Shown: one piece after another, positions 1 through 12,395 of the stretch
How the letters are laid out: each line of letters begins with the position of its first letter
Numbering within the stretch: the first letter of the stretch is position 1
NCBI GenBank assembly: GCA_020053305.1
Contig: JAGVNJ010000050.1
Span: 368-64,367 of the forward strand
Length of the DNA: 64,000 nt
Direction: 5' to 3'
DNA from: Candidatus Edwardsbacteria bacterium
GTDB lineage: Bacteria > Edwardsbacteria > AC1 > EtOH8
The notes under the pieces: generated by a model
The model's database searches: none
What the model saw: only the letters and a program-made list of their open reading frames with translations
Told to the model about the DNA's origin: nothing
Program-made: the position numbers and the translations under genes

Positions 1-1811
<1,811 letters not shown>

Positions 1812-1838
1812 TTTAAACAATCATTTTGGAGTATTATA

Positions 1839-2294
1839 ATGATCGAAGGCGTCAAGGCAAAAAAACTGAAGGTTATCCCCGACGAGCGCGGCCGGCTGAT
1901 GGAGATATTGCGCTGCGACGAGGAGGTCTTTGATAAGTTCGGACAGGTCTACCTGAGCACCACCTATCCCGGAGTGGTCAAGGGCTGGCATTATCACAAG
2001 GTCCAGACCGACAATATCGTTTGCGTAAAAGGGATGCTGAAGCTGGTGCTGTTCGACAACCGGGAAGGCTCGGCCACCAACGGAGAGGTCAACGAATTTT
2101 TTATCGGCGAGCATAACCCCTTGCTGGTGCAGGTTCCCAAGGGCGTCTACCACGGATGGAAATGCGTCTCCGGCGAGGAGGCTATGGTGATAAATTGTCC
2201 CTCCGAGGCCTACAATTATTCCCAGCCCGACGAATACCGGCTGGACCCCCACCAGAACGATATTCCATATAAATGGGAACGCAAGGACGGGTAA
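1839..2294 (+). CDS. dTDP-4-dehydrorhamnose 3,5-epimerase family cupin (RmlC-like)
   Basis: DERG...KGWHYH...GVYHGW cupin motifs; GGAG RBS. Confidence 0.85.
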   Translation: MIEGVKAKKLKVIPDERGRLMEILRCDEEVFDKFGQVYLSTTYPGVVKGWHYHKVQTDNIVCVKGMLKLVLFDNREGSATNGEVNEFFIGEHNPLLVQVPKGVYHGWKCVSGEEAMVINCPSEAYNYSQPDEYRLDPHQNDIPYKWERKDG

Positions 2295-2372
2295 CTTTAA
2301 GGGGTCTGATCACAGGGAACAGATATTTGGGACCAAAAAACACTGAACCGTAAACATCTAGATGTATCAATC

Positions 2373-3383
2373 ATGGCCAAAACAATTTTAATTACCGGCG
2401 GGGCGGGGTTCATCGGCAGCAATTTCGTCCGCTTGATGCTTGGTAAATATCCCGATTATAATATAATCAATTTGGACAAGCTGACCTATGCCGGGAACTT
2501 AGAGAACCTAAAGGATATTCAATCCCATAAGAATTACCGGTTCGTCCAGGGCGATATCTGCGATGCCCAGCTAATCGACGGCCTGATGCAGGATGTTGAC
2601 TGGGTGGTCAATTTTGCCGCCGAGACCCATGTGGATCGCTCGGTGGACGATCCCTTCGTCTTCACCCTGACCAACGTCATCGGCACCCATACCCTGCTGG
2701 AATATGCCCGTCGCCACCGGGTCAAGGGGTTCATCCAGATCGGGACCGACGAGGTCTACGGCAGCGTGGAGACGGGCTCTTCCGTTGAGACCGATATTCT
2801 CGATCCCCGCAGCCCCTACTCGTCGTCCAAGGCGGCCGGGGATCTGCTGGCTCTTTCCTATCACACCACCTTCGGGATGGATGTCCGGGTAACCCGCTGC
2901 ACCAACAACTACGGGCCCTATCAATTCCCGGAGAAGCTGATCCCCTTCTTCGTCACCAACGCCCTGGAGGACCGGGAACTTCCCATCTACGGCGACGGCC
3001 GGAACGTCCGGGACTGGCTGTATGTGGAGGATCATTGCGATGCCATTGATTTTATCCTGCACCACGGGAGGGCCGGGGATATCTACAACATCGGGGGCGG
3101 GCAGGAGATGGAGAATATCCAGATTACCGATATCATACTTAAAGAGTTGAAAAAGCCCGAAACTCTAAAAAAATATGTCAAAGATAGGCCGGGACACGAC
3201 CGGCGGTATTCACTGGATATCTCCAAGATGCTTAAACTGGGCTGGAAGCCCCGGCATACTTTTGATGCAGCCATCAAGGAGACCATTCAATGGTACATCG
3301 TTAACGAGCAATGGTGGCGCAACATCAAGGATGGTAAACGGGAATTCAAGGATTTCAAGGATCGCTGGTACAAGGAAAGATAA
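2373..3383 (+). CDS. rfbB: dTDP-glucose 4,6-dehydratase
   Basis: TGGAGFIGS, LDKLTYAGN, FAAETHVDRS, TDEVYG, DRPGHDRRY. Confidence 0.95.
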   Translation: MAKTILITGGAGFIGSNFVRLMLGKYPDYNIINLDKLTYAGNLENLKDIQSHKNYRFVQGDICDAQLIDGLMQDVDWVVNFAAETHVDRSVDDPFVFTLTNVIGTHTLLEYARRHRVKGFIQIGTDEVYGSVETGSSVETDILDPRSPYSSSKAAGDLLALSYHTTFGMDVRVTRCTNNYGPYQFPEKLIPFFVTNALEDRELPIYGDGRNVRDWLYVEDHCDAIDFILHHGRAGDIYNIGGGQEMENIQITDIILKELKKPETLKKYVKDRPGHDRRYSLDISKMLKLGWKPRHTFDAAIKETIQWYIVNEQWWRNIKDGKREFKDFKDRWYKER

Positions 3384-3416
3384 CAATAAATTTAAATGTA
3401 TATCAAGGTGTTTCCC

Positions 3417-4724
3417 ATGGAACTTAAGCAAAAAATAGAGACCCGCCGCGCCAGAATAGCAGTAATAGGCCTGGGCTATGTTGGTTTGCCCCTGGCGGTG
3501 GAGTTTGCCAGGGCCGGCTTCGAGGTGCTGGGCATTGACCTGGACCAAAAAAAGGTTGCCAACATCAACAAGGGTAAGAATTACATCATCGATGTCAATG
3601 ATAAACACCTGAAGGATGTGGTCTCCCATGGCAAACTTAAGGCCACCACCGATTACGGCGTTCTCAAGAAATGCGATGCCGTCCACATCTGCGTCCCCAC
3701 GCCGTTCACCGCCACCAAGGATCCCGATATCAGCTATATAATCAATTCAGCCCAGGGCATTGCCAAACATCTTCACAAGGGGATGCTGGTGATCCTGAAA
3801 AGCACCACCTATCCGGAGACCACCACCAAGGTGGTCAAACCAATATTGGAGAAGACCGGCCTGGTGGCCGGCAAGGATTTTTACCTGGCCTTCTCCCCGG
3901 AGCGGATAGATCCCGGCAACCAGAAATTCACCACCGCCACCACCCCCACCGTGGTGGGGGGCTACACCCCGGCCTGCGGCCAGATGGCCAAACTGATGTA
4001 TAATCAGATCATCGAGAAGATAGTGATGGTCTCCTCGCCGTCCACCGCCGAGATGACCAAATTGCTGGAGAATATCTTTCGCAGCGTCAACATCGCCCTG
4101 GTCAACGAACTGGCCTGTCTGTGCGAAAGAATGGACCGGGTGGACATGTGGGAGGTGGTGGATGCCGCCGCCACCAAGCCCTACGGCTTCATGCCGTTCT
4201 ATCCCGGCCCCGGCCTGGGCGGACACTGCATTCCCATCGATCCCTACTATCTGGCCTGGAAGGCCAAGGAGTACGATTTTCACACCGATTTCATCGAGCT
4301 GGCGGCCGAGACCAATGAAAACATGCCCTATCATGTGGTCAACAAGGTGATCGCCGCCTTAAGCGACAAGGGAATGGCCGCCTCCAGGTCCAAGGTGCTG
4401 GTGCTGGGGGTGGCTTTCAAGCGGGACATTGACGATGTTCGCAGTTCCCCGGCCATCAAGATCATCGAGCTTTTGGCCCCCAAGGTGAAATCCCTGATCT
4501 ACAACGACCCGTTCGTACCGGAGCTGGAAACCGGATGGAAAAAAATGAGATCCACCAAGCTGACGCAACAACTGATCAAATCGGTCGATTGTATTCTGAT
4601 CACTACCGATCATACTTGTTATGATTTTAACATGATTGTCAAGAATGCCAAGCTGGTGGTGGACACCCGGAATGCCACCAAGAAGATAAAAAGCGGCAAG
4701 GTGGTCAAGATCGGCCGCAAATAA
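3417..4724 (+). CDS. UDP-N-acetylhexosamine/nucleotide-sugar 6-dehydrogenase (WbpA/WecC family)
   Basis: GLGYVGLP, CVPTP, FSPERIDPGN, GPGLGGHCIP; ATG 3417 follows AAGGTG. Confidence 0.9.
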   Translation: MELKQKIETRRARIAVIGLGYVGLPLAVEFARAGFEVLGIDLDQKKVANINKGKNYIIDVNDKHLKDVVSHGKLKATTDYGVLKKCDAVHICVPTPFTATKDPDISYIINSAQGIAKHLHKGMLVILKSTTYPETTTKVVKPILEKTGLVAGKDFYLAFSPERIDPGNQKFTTATTPTVVGGYTPACGQMAKLMYNQIIEKIVMVSSPSTAEMTKLLENIFRSVNIALVNELACLCERMDRVDMWEVVDAAATKPYGFMPFYPGPGLGGHCIPIDPYYLAWKAKEYDFHTDFIELAAETNENMPYHVVNKVIAALSDKGMAASRSKVLVLGVAFKRDIDDVRSSPAIKIIELLAPKVKSLIYNDPFVPELETGWKKMRSTKLTQQLIKSVDCILITTDHTCYDFNMIVKNAKLVVDTRNATKKIKSGKVVKIGRK

Positions 4725-4736
4725 GCGCTTTGAGCC

Positions 4737-4767
4737 AAGGCATCCCGGATATCCGGGATGCCTTTTT
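4737..4767 (+). terminator. Intrinsic terminator
   Basis: Perfect palindrome aaggcatcccggat/atccgggatgcctt followed by a T tract. Confidence 0.8.
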
Positions 4768-4781
4768 GTTGAATAATTTAC

Positions 4782-4810
4782 TTGACAAAAAACGGTTTTT
4801 GGGATACAAT
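4782..4810 (+). promoter_or_regulatory. Sigma70-type promoter for the glycan export operon
   Basis: TTGACA-N17-TACAAT just after the terminator. Confidence 0.75.
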
Positions 4811-5033
4811 CAGGTAAAGTTTAACAGTATGAGGGGAAACAAGTTGCTGTATTAAAGTTTGTGGTCCGGTCAATCAATTATAGTCGTGCTTTTCTGTTGT
4901 TCTATTTGATTGCTCTTTGCCGCAAGTTTTAATATGGCGCCCATAGAGTATTCCCAAATTAGTAATTAATTTGGCCGGGCGTCTATAGAAGCGTTCCGGC
5001 CATTTTATTATGCATTAACATAACGGAGGCAGA

Positions 5034-5951
5034 ATGTTATACAAGACAAAATTTATCATGGCTGTATTTCTGGCCGTGTTTGCCGGGGTGTCGGTTGCTC
5101 AGCAGAGGACCGATGGCAGGGATCTATATCAGCTGCGAAGCCAGCCGATGATGAAGATCCAGGTCCTGGGCCAGGTCCGCAATCCGGGCATACATTCACT
5201 GCCGGTGATGGATCGGGCCTCTTCGGCCCTGTCCGCGGCCGGCGGCACCAATGAACAGGGATCTCCCCGCAGTATCCAGCTTATCCGGCAGGGCCGGGTG
5301 GTGGACACCCTGGACATGTACCATTACCTCTATCAGAATCAGCAGTCCGAGAACCCGATTCTGGAGGACGGTGATGTACTGTTCGTTCCGGTGAACAGTA
5401 ACAACGTCAAAGTGGCGGGGCAGGTGTTCCGCCCCGGGATATTCGAGATAAAACCGGGCGAAAGGCTTTTGGACATCATCGAAATGGCCGGAGGCATCAC
5501 CCCGGTGGCCACCAAGGAGGAGATCAAGATCGAGAACGTGGCCACGCCGGACGTGGTGCAGAGCATCAGCTACCGGAGGCTGTTCATAGACGGCGACCAG
5601 AACCTGAATATCCTGTTAAAAGAAGGCGACGTGGTGACAGTGCCCACCGCACCCACCTCGGTGACGGTGGTGGGCCAGGTCCAGAAGGGCGGCACCTTTG
5701 TTTTCGAACCGGGCACGGTTTTAAGCTACTATCTGGGGATGGCCGGCGGCTACGGCGAGCGGGCCAGCACCGGCAACATCAAGATCAACCGCTGGGGCGG
5801 AAAAAGCCTGAAGGCCAGGGAGGATACCCCCATCGAACCCGGCGACGTGGTCATCGTGGGGGAGATGCAGATAAAGGGCTGGCGGGATTACATATCCATC
5901 ACCGGACAGTTGATGACCATGTTCTATATCGTCTGGACGGTTGCCAATTGA
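5034..5951 (+). CDS. SLBB-domain polysaccharide export protein (Wza/KpsD-like)
   Basis: Signal peptide; three repeats of VxGQVxxPG...AGG...LxxGDxxxVP. Confidence 0.8.
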   Translation: MLYKTKFIMAVFLAVFAGVSVAQQRTDGRDLYQLRSQPMMKIQVLGQVRNPGIHSLPVMDRASSALSAAGGTNEQGSPRSIQLIRQGRVVDTLDMYHYLYQNQQSENPILEDGDVLFVPVNSNNVKVAGQVFRPGIFEIKPGERLLDIIEMAGGITPVATKEEIKIENVATPDVVQSISYRRLFIDGDQNLNILLKEGDVVTVPTAPTSVTVVGQVQKGGTFVFEPGTVLSYYLGMAGGYGERASTGNIKINRWGGKSLKAREDTPIEPGDVVIVGEMQIKGWRDYISITGQLMTMFYIVWTVAN

Positions 5952-5956
5952 GCCTT

Positions 5957-5981
5957 GCCACAGAGTCACGGAGACACAGAG
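5957..5981. repeat. 8-nt periodic repeat (cacagag units), single arm
   Basis: gc cacagagt cacggaga cacagag immediately after a stop codon. Confidence 0.45.
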
Positions 5982-6013
5982 GGAAAACAAAATTTTACGG
6001 AGTTCGATAGAAT

Positions 6014-7198
6014 ATGATCAATAGCTTTTATGACCTGCTTTATATCCTGGTCAAGAACCGCAAGACCATATTTTGGATCACTTTCGGCTTCACGGTGTTT
6101 GCATTGGTCTTAAGCCTGCTGATCCCCAAGAAATATAAAGCCACCGCCACATTGATGCCCCCGGCCAGCCAGAGCATGAGCCTGATGAGCCTGGCCTTCA
6201 AGGCCGGCATGCCGTCAGATCCCGAAGTGGGCGGGGTGGGCTTTATGCCGGGAATGGTAACGCCGTCGGACATCTTTGCCTTTATGCTTAAGAACGGCGC
6301 CATTACCGGCCGGGTGATAGATCAGTGCGGCCTGGTTAATCATTATAAAAAGGAAAGGCAATGGACCAAGGATCCCAGAAAAGCATTATATGATGTGAAT
6401 AAAAAATTAGATAAGGCCACTGCCATAAAAGTAACCGAGGAACGTTTTATAACGGTCACCATTGAGGACAAAAGCCCGGACAAGGCCGCAGAGATCGCCA
6501 ATTGCTATGGGGACGTGCTGAACAGCATCTACAGCCAACTCAATATGTCGCAAGGGCAGAGAGCTAGGGAGTTCATCGAGAACCGGGTGGCCCAGGAGGA
6601 GGTTTTGTTAAGGGAGATGGAGGACTCCCTGAGGGTGTTCCAGAAACGCTTCCGGACGGTATCCATCACCGAGGAGATGAAGGCCCTGATAGAGATGTCG
6701 GCCAAAATTGAGGCGGATATCATGACCAAAAGAATAGAGCTGGAGGCACTTAAGTCCTACAACACCAAGGATAATTCCCAGATAAAAGTATTAACCACCG
6801 AGATAGACAAGGCTGAACAGCAGTTGAACAACCTGATGGTGGGGGGGAAAGACAAAACGCTGTTCATCCCCTTTGCCAAGGCCCCGGATATAGGCACCGA
6901 GTTGACCCGCCGGATGCGCGCAGTGAGGATACACCAGGAGGTATATGCCCTGTTGGTGGAACAGCTGGAGCATGCCAAGATATTAGAGGCCAAGGATACT
7001 CCCAAGATCCAGTTTCTGGAGAGGGCCGCGCCGCCGTGGAAAAAGAGTTGGCCGAAGAGGAGCTTGATAACATTGATAGGATTGTTTTTAGGTTTTGCTG
7101 TAGGTGTTATTTTGATTTTATTTAAAGAATGGATTTTTAATCTAAAACAAAGCGAAGAATATTTAATAAAATACAAGCTTATTTCAAAATTGTTATAA
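6014..7198 (+). CDS. Polysaccharide co-polymerase / chain-length determinant (Wzz/GumC type)
   Basis: N-terminal TM + PKKYKATATL, coiled coil, C-terminal APPWKKSWPKR + TM. Confidence 0.85.
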   Translation: MINSFYDLLYILVKNRKTIFWITFGFTVFALVLSLLIPKKYKATATLMPPASQSMSLMSLAFKAGMPSDPEVGGVGFMPGMVTPSDIFAFMLKNGAITGRVIDQCGLVNHYKKERQWTKDPRKALYDVNKKLDKATAIKVTEERFITVTIEDKSPDKAAEIANCYGDVLNSIYSQLNMSQGQRAREFIENRVAQEEVLLREMEDSLRVFQKRFRTVSITEEMKALIEMSAKIEADIMTKRIELEALKSYNTKDNSQIKVLTTEIDKAEQQLNNLMVGGKDKTLFIPFAKAPDIGTELTRRMRAVRIHQEVYALLVEQLEHAKILEAKDTPKIQFLERAAPPWKKSWPKRSLITLIGLFLGFAVGVILILFKEWIFNLKQSEEYLIKYKLISKLL

Positions 7199-7221
7199 AC
7201 CAAACAGCGAAGAATATTATA

Positions 7222-8601
7222 ATGTTCAATAATACTTTAGATTTGAATATTTCACAGCTAAATAATTATATACTGAAAAACAAATTATATTTTGTTTTAT
7301 CTTTTATTATTGTTTTACTTGGGATAGCTATTCTGGTTTTTGTAGCCTTTGAGAAATGGATAAATTTAATAATTTGTTTAAGTGTATTGTTGATAATGCC
7401 AATAATTTGGCTGTGTTTAAAAGCGCCAGATTTCATTATTTTTTTTGGTCTTGTAATTCATTTTACTCCGATTGAGGTACATTCTGGTCACTATTTGATT
7501 TTGTTCTTAATGTTAATTATGTTCATAAAAAACATATTATTAGATAGAAAGATATTTAAGTTTGATATTATAGTGACGTTGTGGTTTTTATTAATTGTAT
7601 TATCACTCATGACTTTTCCAAAATGGAATTCAATTTACAACGGATTCCGGGGATCATTATATTTGTACGTTTTGCCGTTGTCCATATATATATTATTTAA
7701 CAATAATTATATATCAAAAAATGGGTGCATTAGGTTTTTAAAATTTTATTATCCTTTGTTATTGGTTTATATTATTTTACAGATTACATATGTTTATTTA
7801 GTTGGTGAAGCTTCGCAATCAAACTACGTTATGTCTTACCATAGCGGTTTTAATCTTGTTTGGGGGCGTTCAAACTATACAGCTGCGGTACTAGCCTATT
7901 TGTCGATTATAGTATTTTCAACCAGGCGTTATTGGGTATCTTCATATGTAAACAAAATAATTATTTTCAGTTCATTATTTATTGCTTTAATAGGAATAAT
8001 TGCAATTATATCCAGGGGTACAATATTAGCACTATTTGCTGGCCTCATATCAATTTTAATAATTTATAGAAAACACATTATCAAATCTTGGTACTGGATA
8101 ATCGGAATTTCAACAATTAGCTTAATCGGGGGCTGGCTCGTGGTTGATTTTATAATCAAGACAATAGAACGTTTCAAATATATGAAGTTTGATTTATCTT
8201 TCTTAACCAGACTATATATGTATAAAGATTTATTAACTGTTTTGAAAAATAATATATTTATTGGTGTTGGGCCTGAACAATATAGATATACAGATTTTTA
8301 TTCTTATCAAAACGATCCGCATAATATATTTTTAAGCTATGGTATACCTTTTGGGATAGGCGGAATTATATTAATTTCACTGATATTAATAATGCCTTTT
8401 GCTAAATTATATAAAACCCGTAAAAGTCAAGCCCAAAACCTTCCGATTCTATTTTTTTTACCAGCGTTTATGACTGCAGTTGTACATAGCCTAGTTGAAC
8501 CAACTATAACGGCTTTTGGATACGGCATGCTTTTTTGGACTATGTATGCCTTAATGTTTAGGTACATAAAAGTACCAAATGAGCTGATTGGTTTGGCGTA
8601 A
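7222..8601 (+). CDS. O-antigen polymerase/ligase family protein (Wzy_C)
   Basis: Multi-TM; SRG, R...GVG...DPHNIFL motifs; AT-rich. Confidence 0.75.
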   Translation: MFNNTLDLNISQLNNYILKNKLYFVLSFIIVLLGIAILVFVAFEKWINLIICLSVLLIMPIIWLCLKAPDFIIFFGLVIHFTPIEVHSGHYLILFLMLIMFIKNILLDRKIFKFDIIVTLWFLLIVLSLMTFPKWNSIYNGFRGSLYLYVLPLSIYILFNNNYISKNGCIRFLKFYYPLLLVYIILQITYVYLVGEASQSNYVMSYHSGFNLVWGRSNYTAAVLAYLSIIVFSTRRYWVSSYVNKIIIFSSLFIALIGIIAIISRGTILALFAGLISILIIYRKHIIKSWYWIIGISTISLIGGWLVVDFIIKTIERFKYMKFDLSFLTRLYMYKDLLTVLKNNIFIGVGPEQYRYTDFYSYQNDPHNIFLSYGIPFGIGGIILISLILIMPFAKLYKTRKSQAQNLPILFFLPAFMTAVVHSLVEPTITAFGYGMLFWTMYALMFRYIKVPNELIGLA

Positions 8602-8619
8602 TACATGCATTACGCCAAA
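8592..8619. other. Stem-loop at the wzy-wzx junction
   Basis: tttggcgtaat-acatgc-attacgccaaa, perfect 11-bp stem. Confidence 0.5.
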
Positions 8620-8646
8620 ATATAGTAGCAGAATAAAGCTTATAGA

Positions 8647-9906
8647 ATGTCTCACAAAAAAATTATAATCGAAAACTTGGCTTCTTTATTGGTTTTGCAA
8701 GGTGTAAATTATTTATTACCTTTAATTACTTTACCGTATCTTGTAAGAATTCTGGGAGCAGAAAAATATGGCCTGCTTTCTTTTGCCTTTGCCTTTGTAC
8801 AATACTTTGTGGTTTTTGTAGATTATGGATTTAATCTTTCAGCCACTCGACAGATATCGATATATCGAGATGACTCTCGAAAAGTATCAGAAATATTTTC
8901 TTCAGTAATGGTTATAAAAACCATATTGACAGCTATTAGCTGTCTGCTGTTTTGTTTATTAATAGCGGTTATCCCTAAATTCAGAAATGATTGGCTGATA
9001 TACTTGGCAAGTTTTATAGCTGTAATTGGGAATTTATTGTACCCGGTATGGTTCTATCAGGGTATGGAAAAAATGAAATATATTGCCGTAGTGAACTCTG
9101 TTGCTAAAATACTAATTACGTTAACAATATTTATTTTTGTAAAAAAACAATCGGATTTAATAGTGGCTGTTTTAATACAAAGTGCTGGAACGGTTTTTGC
9201 GGGTATTTTAGGAATATTGTTTGTAAAAGAAATATGCAGTTTGATCTATATTAAACCAACCCTAAAATCATTGAAAATTACATTGGATGAGGGGTGGCCC
9301 ATTTTTGTATCTTTAATGTCTGTTAACTTGTTTACTAATACAAATATATTTATTCTCGGAATATTTACCAATAACCAAACAGTAGGATATTTTTCGATAG
9401 GTTATAAAATTGTTTCAGTTATACACAATCTGGTTAATCCAATATCCAGCGCAATATTTCCAAGAGTAAGTACTCTTTTTCAGGAATCTAAAGAGGAAGC
9501 TCTAAGATTTTTAAGGAAAATCATGATACTGGGCAGCATTGTATTTGTTCTATTATCATTACTATTGTTTTTTGGGGCTGATATCGCAGTAAGAGTAATA
9601 ACGGGGCAATATATTAGTAAAATTAGTATATTAATACGGATTATGTCCTTGCTGCCAATTTTAACTTTTATTGATAATATTTATGGTACGCAAATAATGT
9701 TAAACAACAATATGAGTAAAATATTTATGCGCGCGTTAGTTATAGGTGGCATTTTTTCGATTGTTTCGGCGTTGTTATTAGTCCCCATAATGGATTCGTA
9801 TGGTGCCGCAATTGTATTGTTGCTTTCTGAAATAGTCGTTCTCTCGTTAATGTATTTCCCTGTAAAAAGAAAAAATATTATGCTGTTTTCCTTAAAATAT
9901 GAATAA
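8647..9906 (+). CDS. wzx: Wzx flippase (AT-rich copy)
   Basis: NYLLPLITLPYLVRILGAEKYG, DYGFNLSAT, PVWFYQGMEKM; about 12 TM. Confidence 0.88.
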   Translation: MSHKKIIIENLASLLVLQGVNYLLPLITLPYLVRILGAEKYGLLSFAFAFVQYFVVFVDYGFNLSATRQISIYRDDSRKVSEIFSSVMVIKTILTAISCLLFCLLIAVIPKFRNDWLIYLASFIAVIGNLLYPVWFYQGMEKMKYIAVVNSVAKILITLTIFIFVKKQSDLIVAVLIQSAGTVFAGILGILFVKEICSLIYIKPTLKSLKITLDEGWPIFVSLMSVNLFTNTNIFILGIFTNNQTVGYFSIGYKIVSVIHNLVNPISSAIFPRVSTLFQESKEEALRFLRKIMILGSIVFVLLSLLLFFGADIAVRVITGQYISKISILIRIMSLLPILTFIDNIYGTQIMLNNNMSKIFMRALVIGGIFSIVSALLLVPIMDSYGAAIVLLLSEIVVLSLMYFPVKRKNIMLFSLKYE

Positions 9907-10909
9907 GGTAATTATAATTATAATTAATTATAATAGAAGTAAAATAACAATAGAATGCCTTGAAAGTTTATTTCTTTTGACTTATAAACACTATCAAATA
10001 GTAGTGGTCGATAATAATTCACAAGATGCCTCTGTAAAAGAATTGAATGCTTGGTTGTATAATAAATATGATGAAAGTGAAAGGCGCAACGATAATCATG
10101 ATTATGGAATTAAGAATATACGATTGTATTATAATATAATTAAAGGAAAGAAAATATATAACAAGTCGGTTACGTTAATAGTGAACAAGAATAACTTTGG
10201 CTTTGCGGCAGGAAACAACATCGGGATTAGATATTATGCAAATAAATATGATTACGTTTGGCTTTTAAACAACGATACGATTGCAGAAAAGGATTCCTTG
10301 CTGCGGCTTTTAAATAAAATGCGTGAAGCACCTTATTTGGGAATATGTGGCTCAAAAATAATTAATTATTATACTGGCAAAATACAATCCATTGGTACAA
10401 AATTAAATAAATATACGGGCTTACTTGAAATCATTAATGACGAGAATAAAGTTAATAAGATTGATAGCATACAGGGCGCATCCTATTTCATTAGTAAAGA
10501 GTGTATTCAAAGCATGGGGCTTTTACCGGAGGAATATTTTTTATATTTCGAAGAATCCGACTACTGTTTAAATGCATTACAAAATGGTTTTTCTACAGGT
10601 GTGGCACTTGATTCAATAATATACCATAAAGAAGGAATTACCACAGGGGGGAGTACCAATTATAGAAAAAGAAATCTATTTATTGATGTATTGTGCCTGA
10701 GAAATCGTTTAATATTTGCAGACAAATATTTAAAAATAAAAATTTTTATGTATTCTGGCATGATTTGCTCTGCAATTATCCGTTTGCTAAGAGGTCAGCC
10801 AAAAGTATTTTTGATAATAATTAAATTTGTTTTTGTTGCTGGAAAAGGTATCGACCAGCTAAAGCAATCTTTTCCTATAGAAAAAATTAAAAATATGGTA
10901 AATAGTTAA
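9899..10909 (+). CDS. Glycosyltransferase family 2
   Basis: VVDNNSQD, GFAAGNNIG, WLLNND, EEYFLYFEESD. Confidence 0.88.
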   Translation: MNKVIIIIINYNRSKITIECLESLFLLTYKHYQIVVVDNNSQDASVKELNAWLYNKYDESERRNDNHDYGIKNIRLYYNIIKGKKIYNKSVTLIVNKNNFGFAAGNNIGIRYYANKYDYVWLLNNDTIAEKDSLLRLLNKMREAPYLGICGSKIINYYTGKIQSIGTKLNKYTGLLEIINDENKVNKIDSIQGASYFISKECIQSMGLLPEEYFLYFEESDYCLNALQNGFSTGVALDSIIYHKEGITTGGSTNYRKRNLFIDVLCLRNRLIFADKYLKIKIFMYSGMICSAIIRLLRGQPKVFLIIIKFVFVAGKGIDQLKQSFPIEKIKNMVNS

Positions 10910-10922
10910 AATACAGCCACCT

Positions 10923-12050
10923 ATGGGAAAAAATATTATTGCCTTAAATGGTACAATAATTAGCCCGCAAAGAAGTGATGGCTTTGGCAGGGTCACATAT
11001 GAAATTATCAAAATGGTTAAGTCTAAATATAGTGATGCACTGGTTTATACAAATAAGCAAAATGCACCATTATTTAAATTAAATAATGGTGTTGATATAA
11101 TTAATACAAAAATAAAATATTCGGAAAGCAATTTTACCGGGCATGTCTCTCGTTTTTTATGGCACCAGACAGTGTTGCCGATATCTTTAATAAATAATAA
11201 TATTAATTTATATTTTTCGCCGATCCCGGATGGAATGTTATTCCCCCCTTGTAAACAAATTATTACAATCTATGATTTGTTGCCAATACTATATCCACAA
11301 TCAAGTCCTAGAATTAAATATTATTATAAATATATCCTTCCTAAAATTATAAATTCTTCTTCGGCATTGATCACGGGTTCCGAATCAACAAAAGCGGATG
11401 TGTTAAGCTATTATAAAGATATTCCTTGCCCGATCTATGTTGTTTACCCGGGATATAAAAACGATATGTTTTTTAGGAGATCGCAACAGGAAATTAATAA
11501 TGTTAATGATAAATATAAACTGGATAAATATATAATAACTGTTGGGGAAATTAGACCCTACAAAAACATTAGACGTTTAGTGTCTGCTTTCACAAATATA
11601 AATAACAATCAACATGACCTTGTTATAGTTGGCAAGAAAAGCAGGTTGGAAAAAGATATTGAACAAATGCCAATAGATTTACATGTTAAAAAAAGAATTA
11701 AATATTTAGGCTATGTTTCGGATGTCGAATTGGCTTCTCTTTATTCTGGCGCGCAGATGATGGTTCATCCGTCACTATATGAAGGCTTTGGTTTACCTCC
11801 GTTGGAGGCTATGGCATGTGGATGCCCCGTAATAGTATCTAATTCTTCTTCTATACCAGAGGTGTGTGGAGATGCTGGATGTTATTTTGACCCTTATGAT
11901 GTAGATAACATAATTGATGCCATAAATGAGGTTTTAGGAAATAAATCGCTTCAAAAGGACTTGGCTCTAAAAGGTGTGGAGCGTGCAAAATATTTTAGTT
12001 ATGATAAGATGGTTGCCCAGTTAGTAAATATTTTTAATAGACTATCATAA
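10923..12050 (+). CDS. Glycosyltransferase family 4
   Basis: [19 protein letters not shown]. Confidence 0.9.
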   Translation: MGKNIIALNGTIISPQRSDGFGRVTYEIIKMVKSKYSDALVYTNKQNAPLFKLNNGVDIINTKIKYSESNFTGHVSRFLWHQTVLPISLINNNINLYFSPIPDGMLFPPCKQIITIYDLLPILYPQSSPRIKYYYKYILPKIINSSSALITGSESTKADVLSYYKDIPCPIYVVYPGYKNDMFFRRSQQEINNVNDKYKLDKYIITVGEIRPYKNIRRLVSAFTNINNNQHDLVIVGKKSRLEKDIEQMPIDLHVKKRIKYLGYVSDVELASLYSGAQMMVHPSLYEGFGLPPLEAMACGCPVIVSNSSSIPEVCGDAGCYFDPYDVDNIIDAINEVLGNKSLQKDLALKGVERAKYFSYDKMVAQLVNIFNRLS

Positions 12051-12395
12051 AAATTAGAATCCGATTGCCGGGCGCTAAGCCAATTTACTGTCCTTACGGA
12101 GTAGAATTATATTTGGCCGAAAATACGCAAAATCCATGGCTTGGCTTGTATACCGGCCTTCTGGTTTCTGTGATTTTACGGATCAAACGGGGGCAAATTC
12201 AGAGAGCAGTCAAGTTTCTGGACATCATGACGAAATCCATTTTTAAACCGGATGACTTTATAAAAATCAACGGAATTGATTAGTTTCTGGGCAATTCACT
12301 GAATTCATGTCGATAGTTGAAATTCATTGTGGTTTTAATATTCTATAAACATAGATAGATATAAAACGGACGCGCCTATTTCATTTTTAAGGTCT

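Noticed and set aside
12065-12283. 72-aa ORF at the right edge of the AT-rich island
   Set aside because: TTG start, no RBS or motif; probably junction sequence
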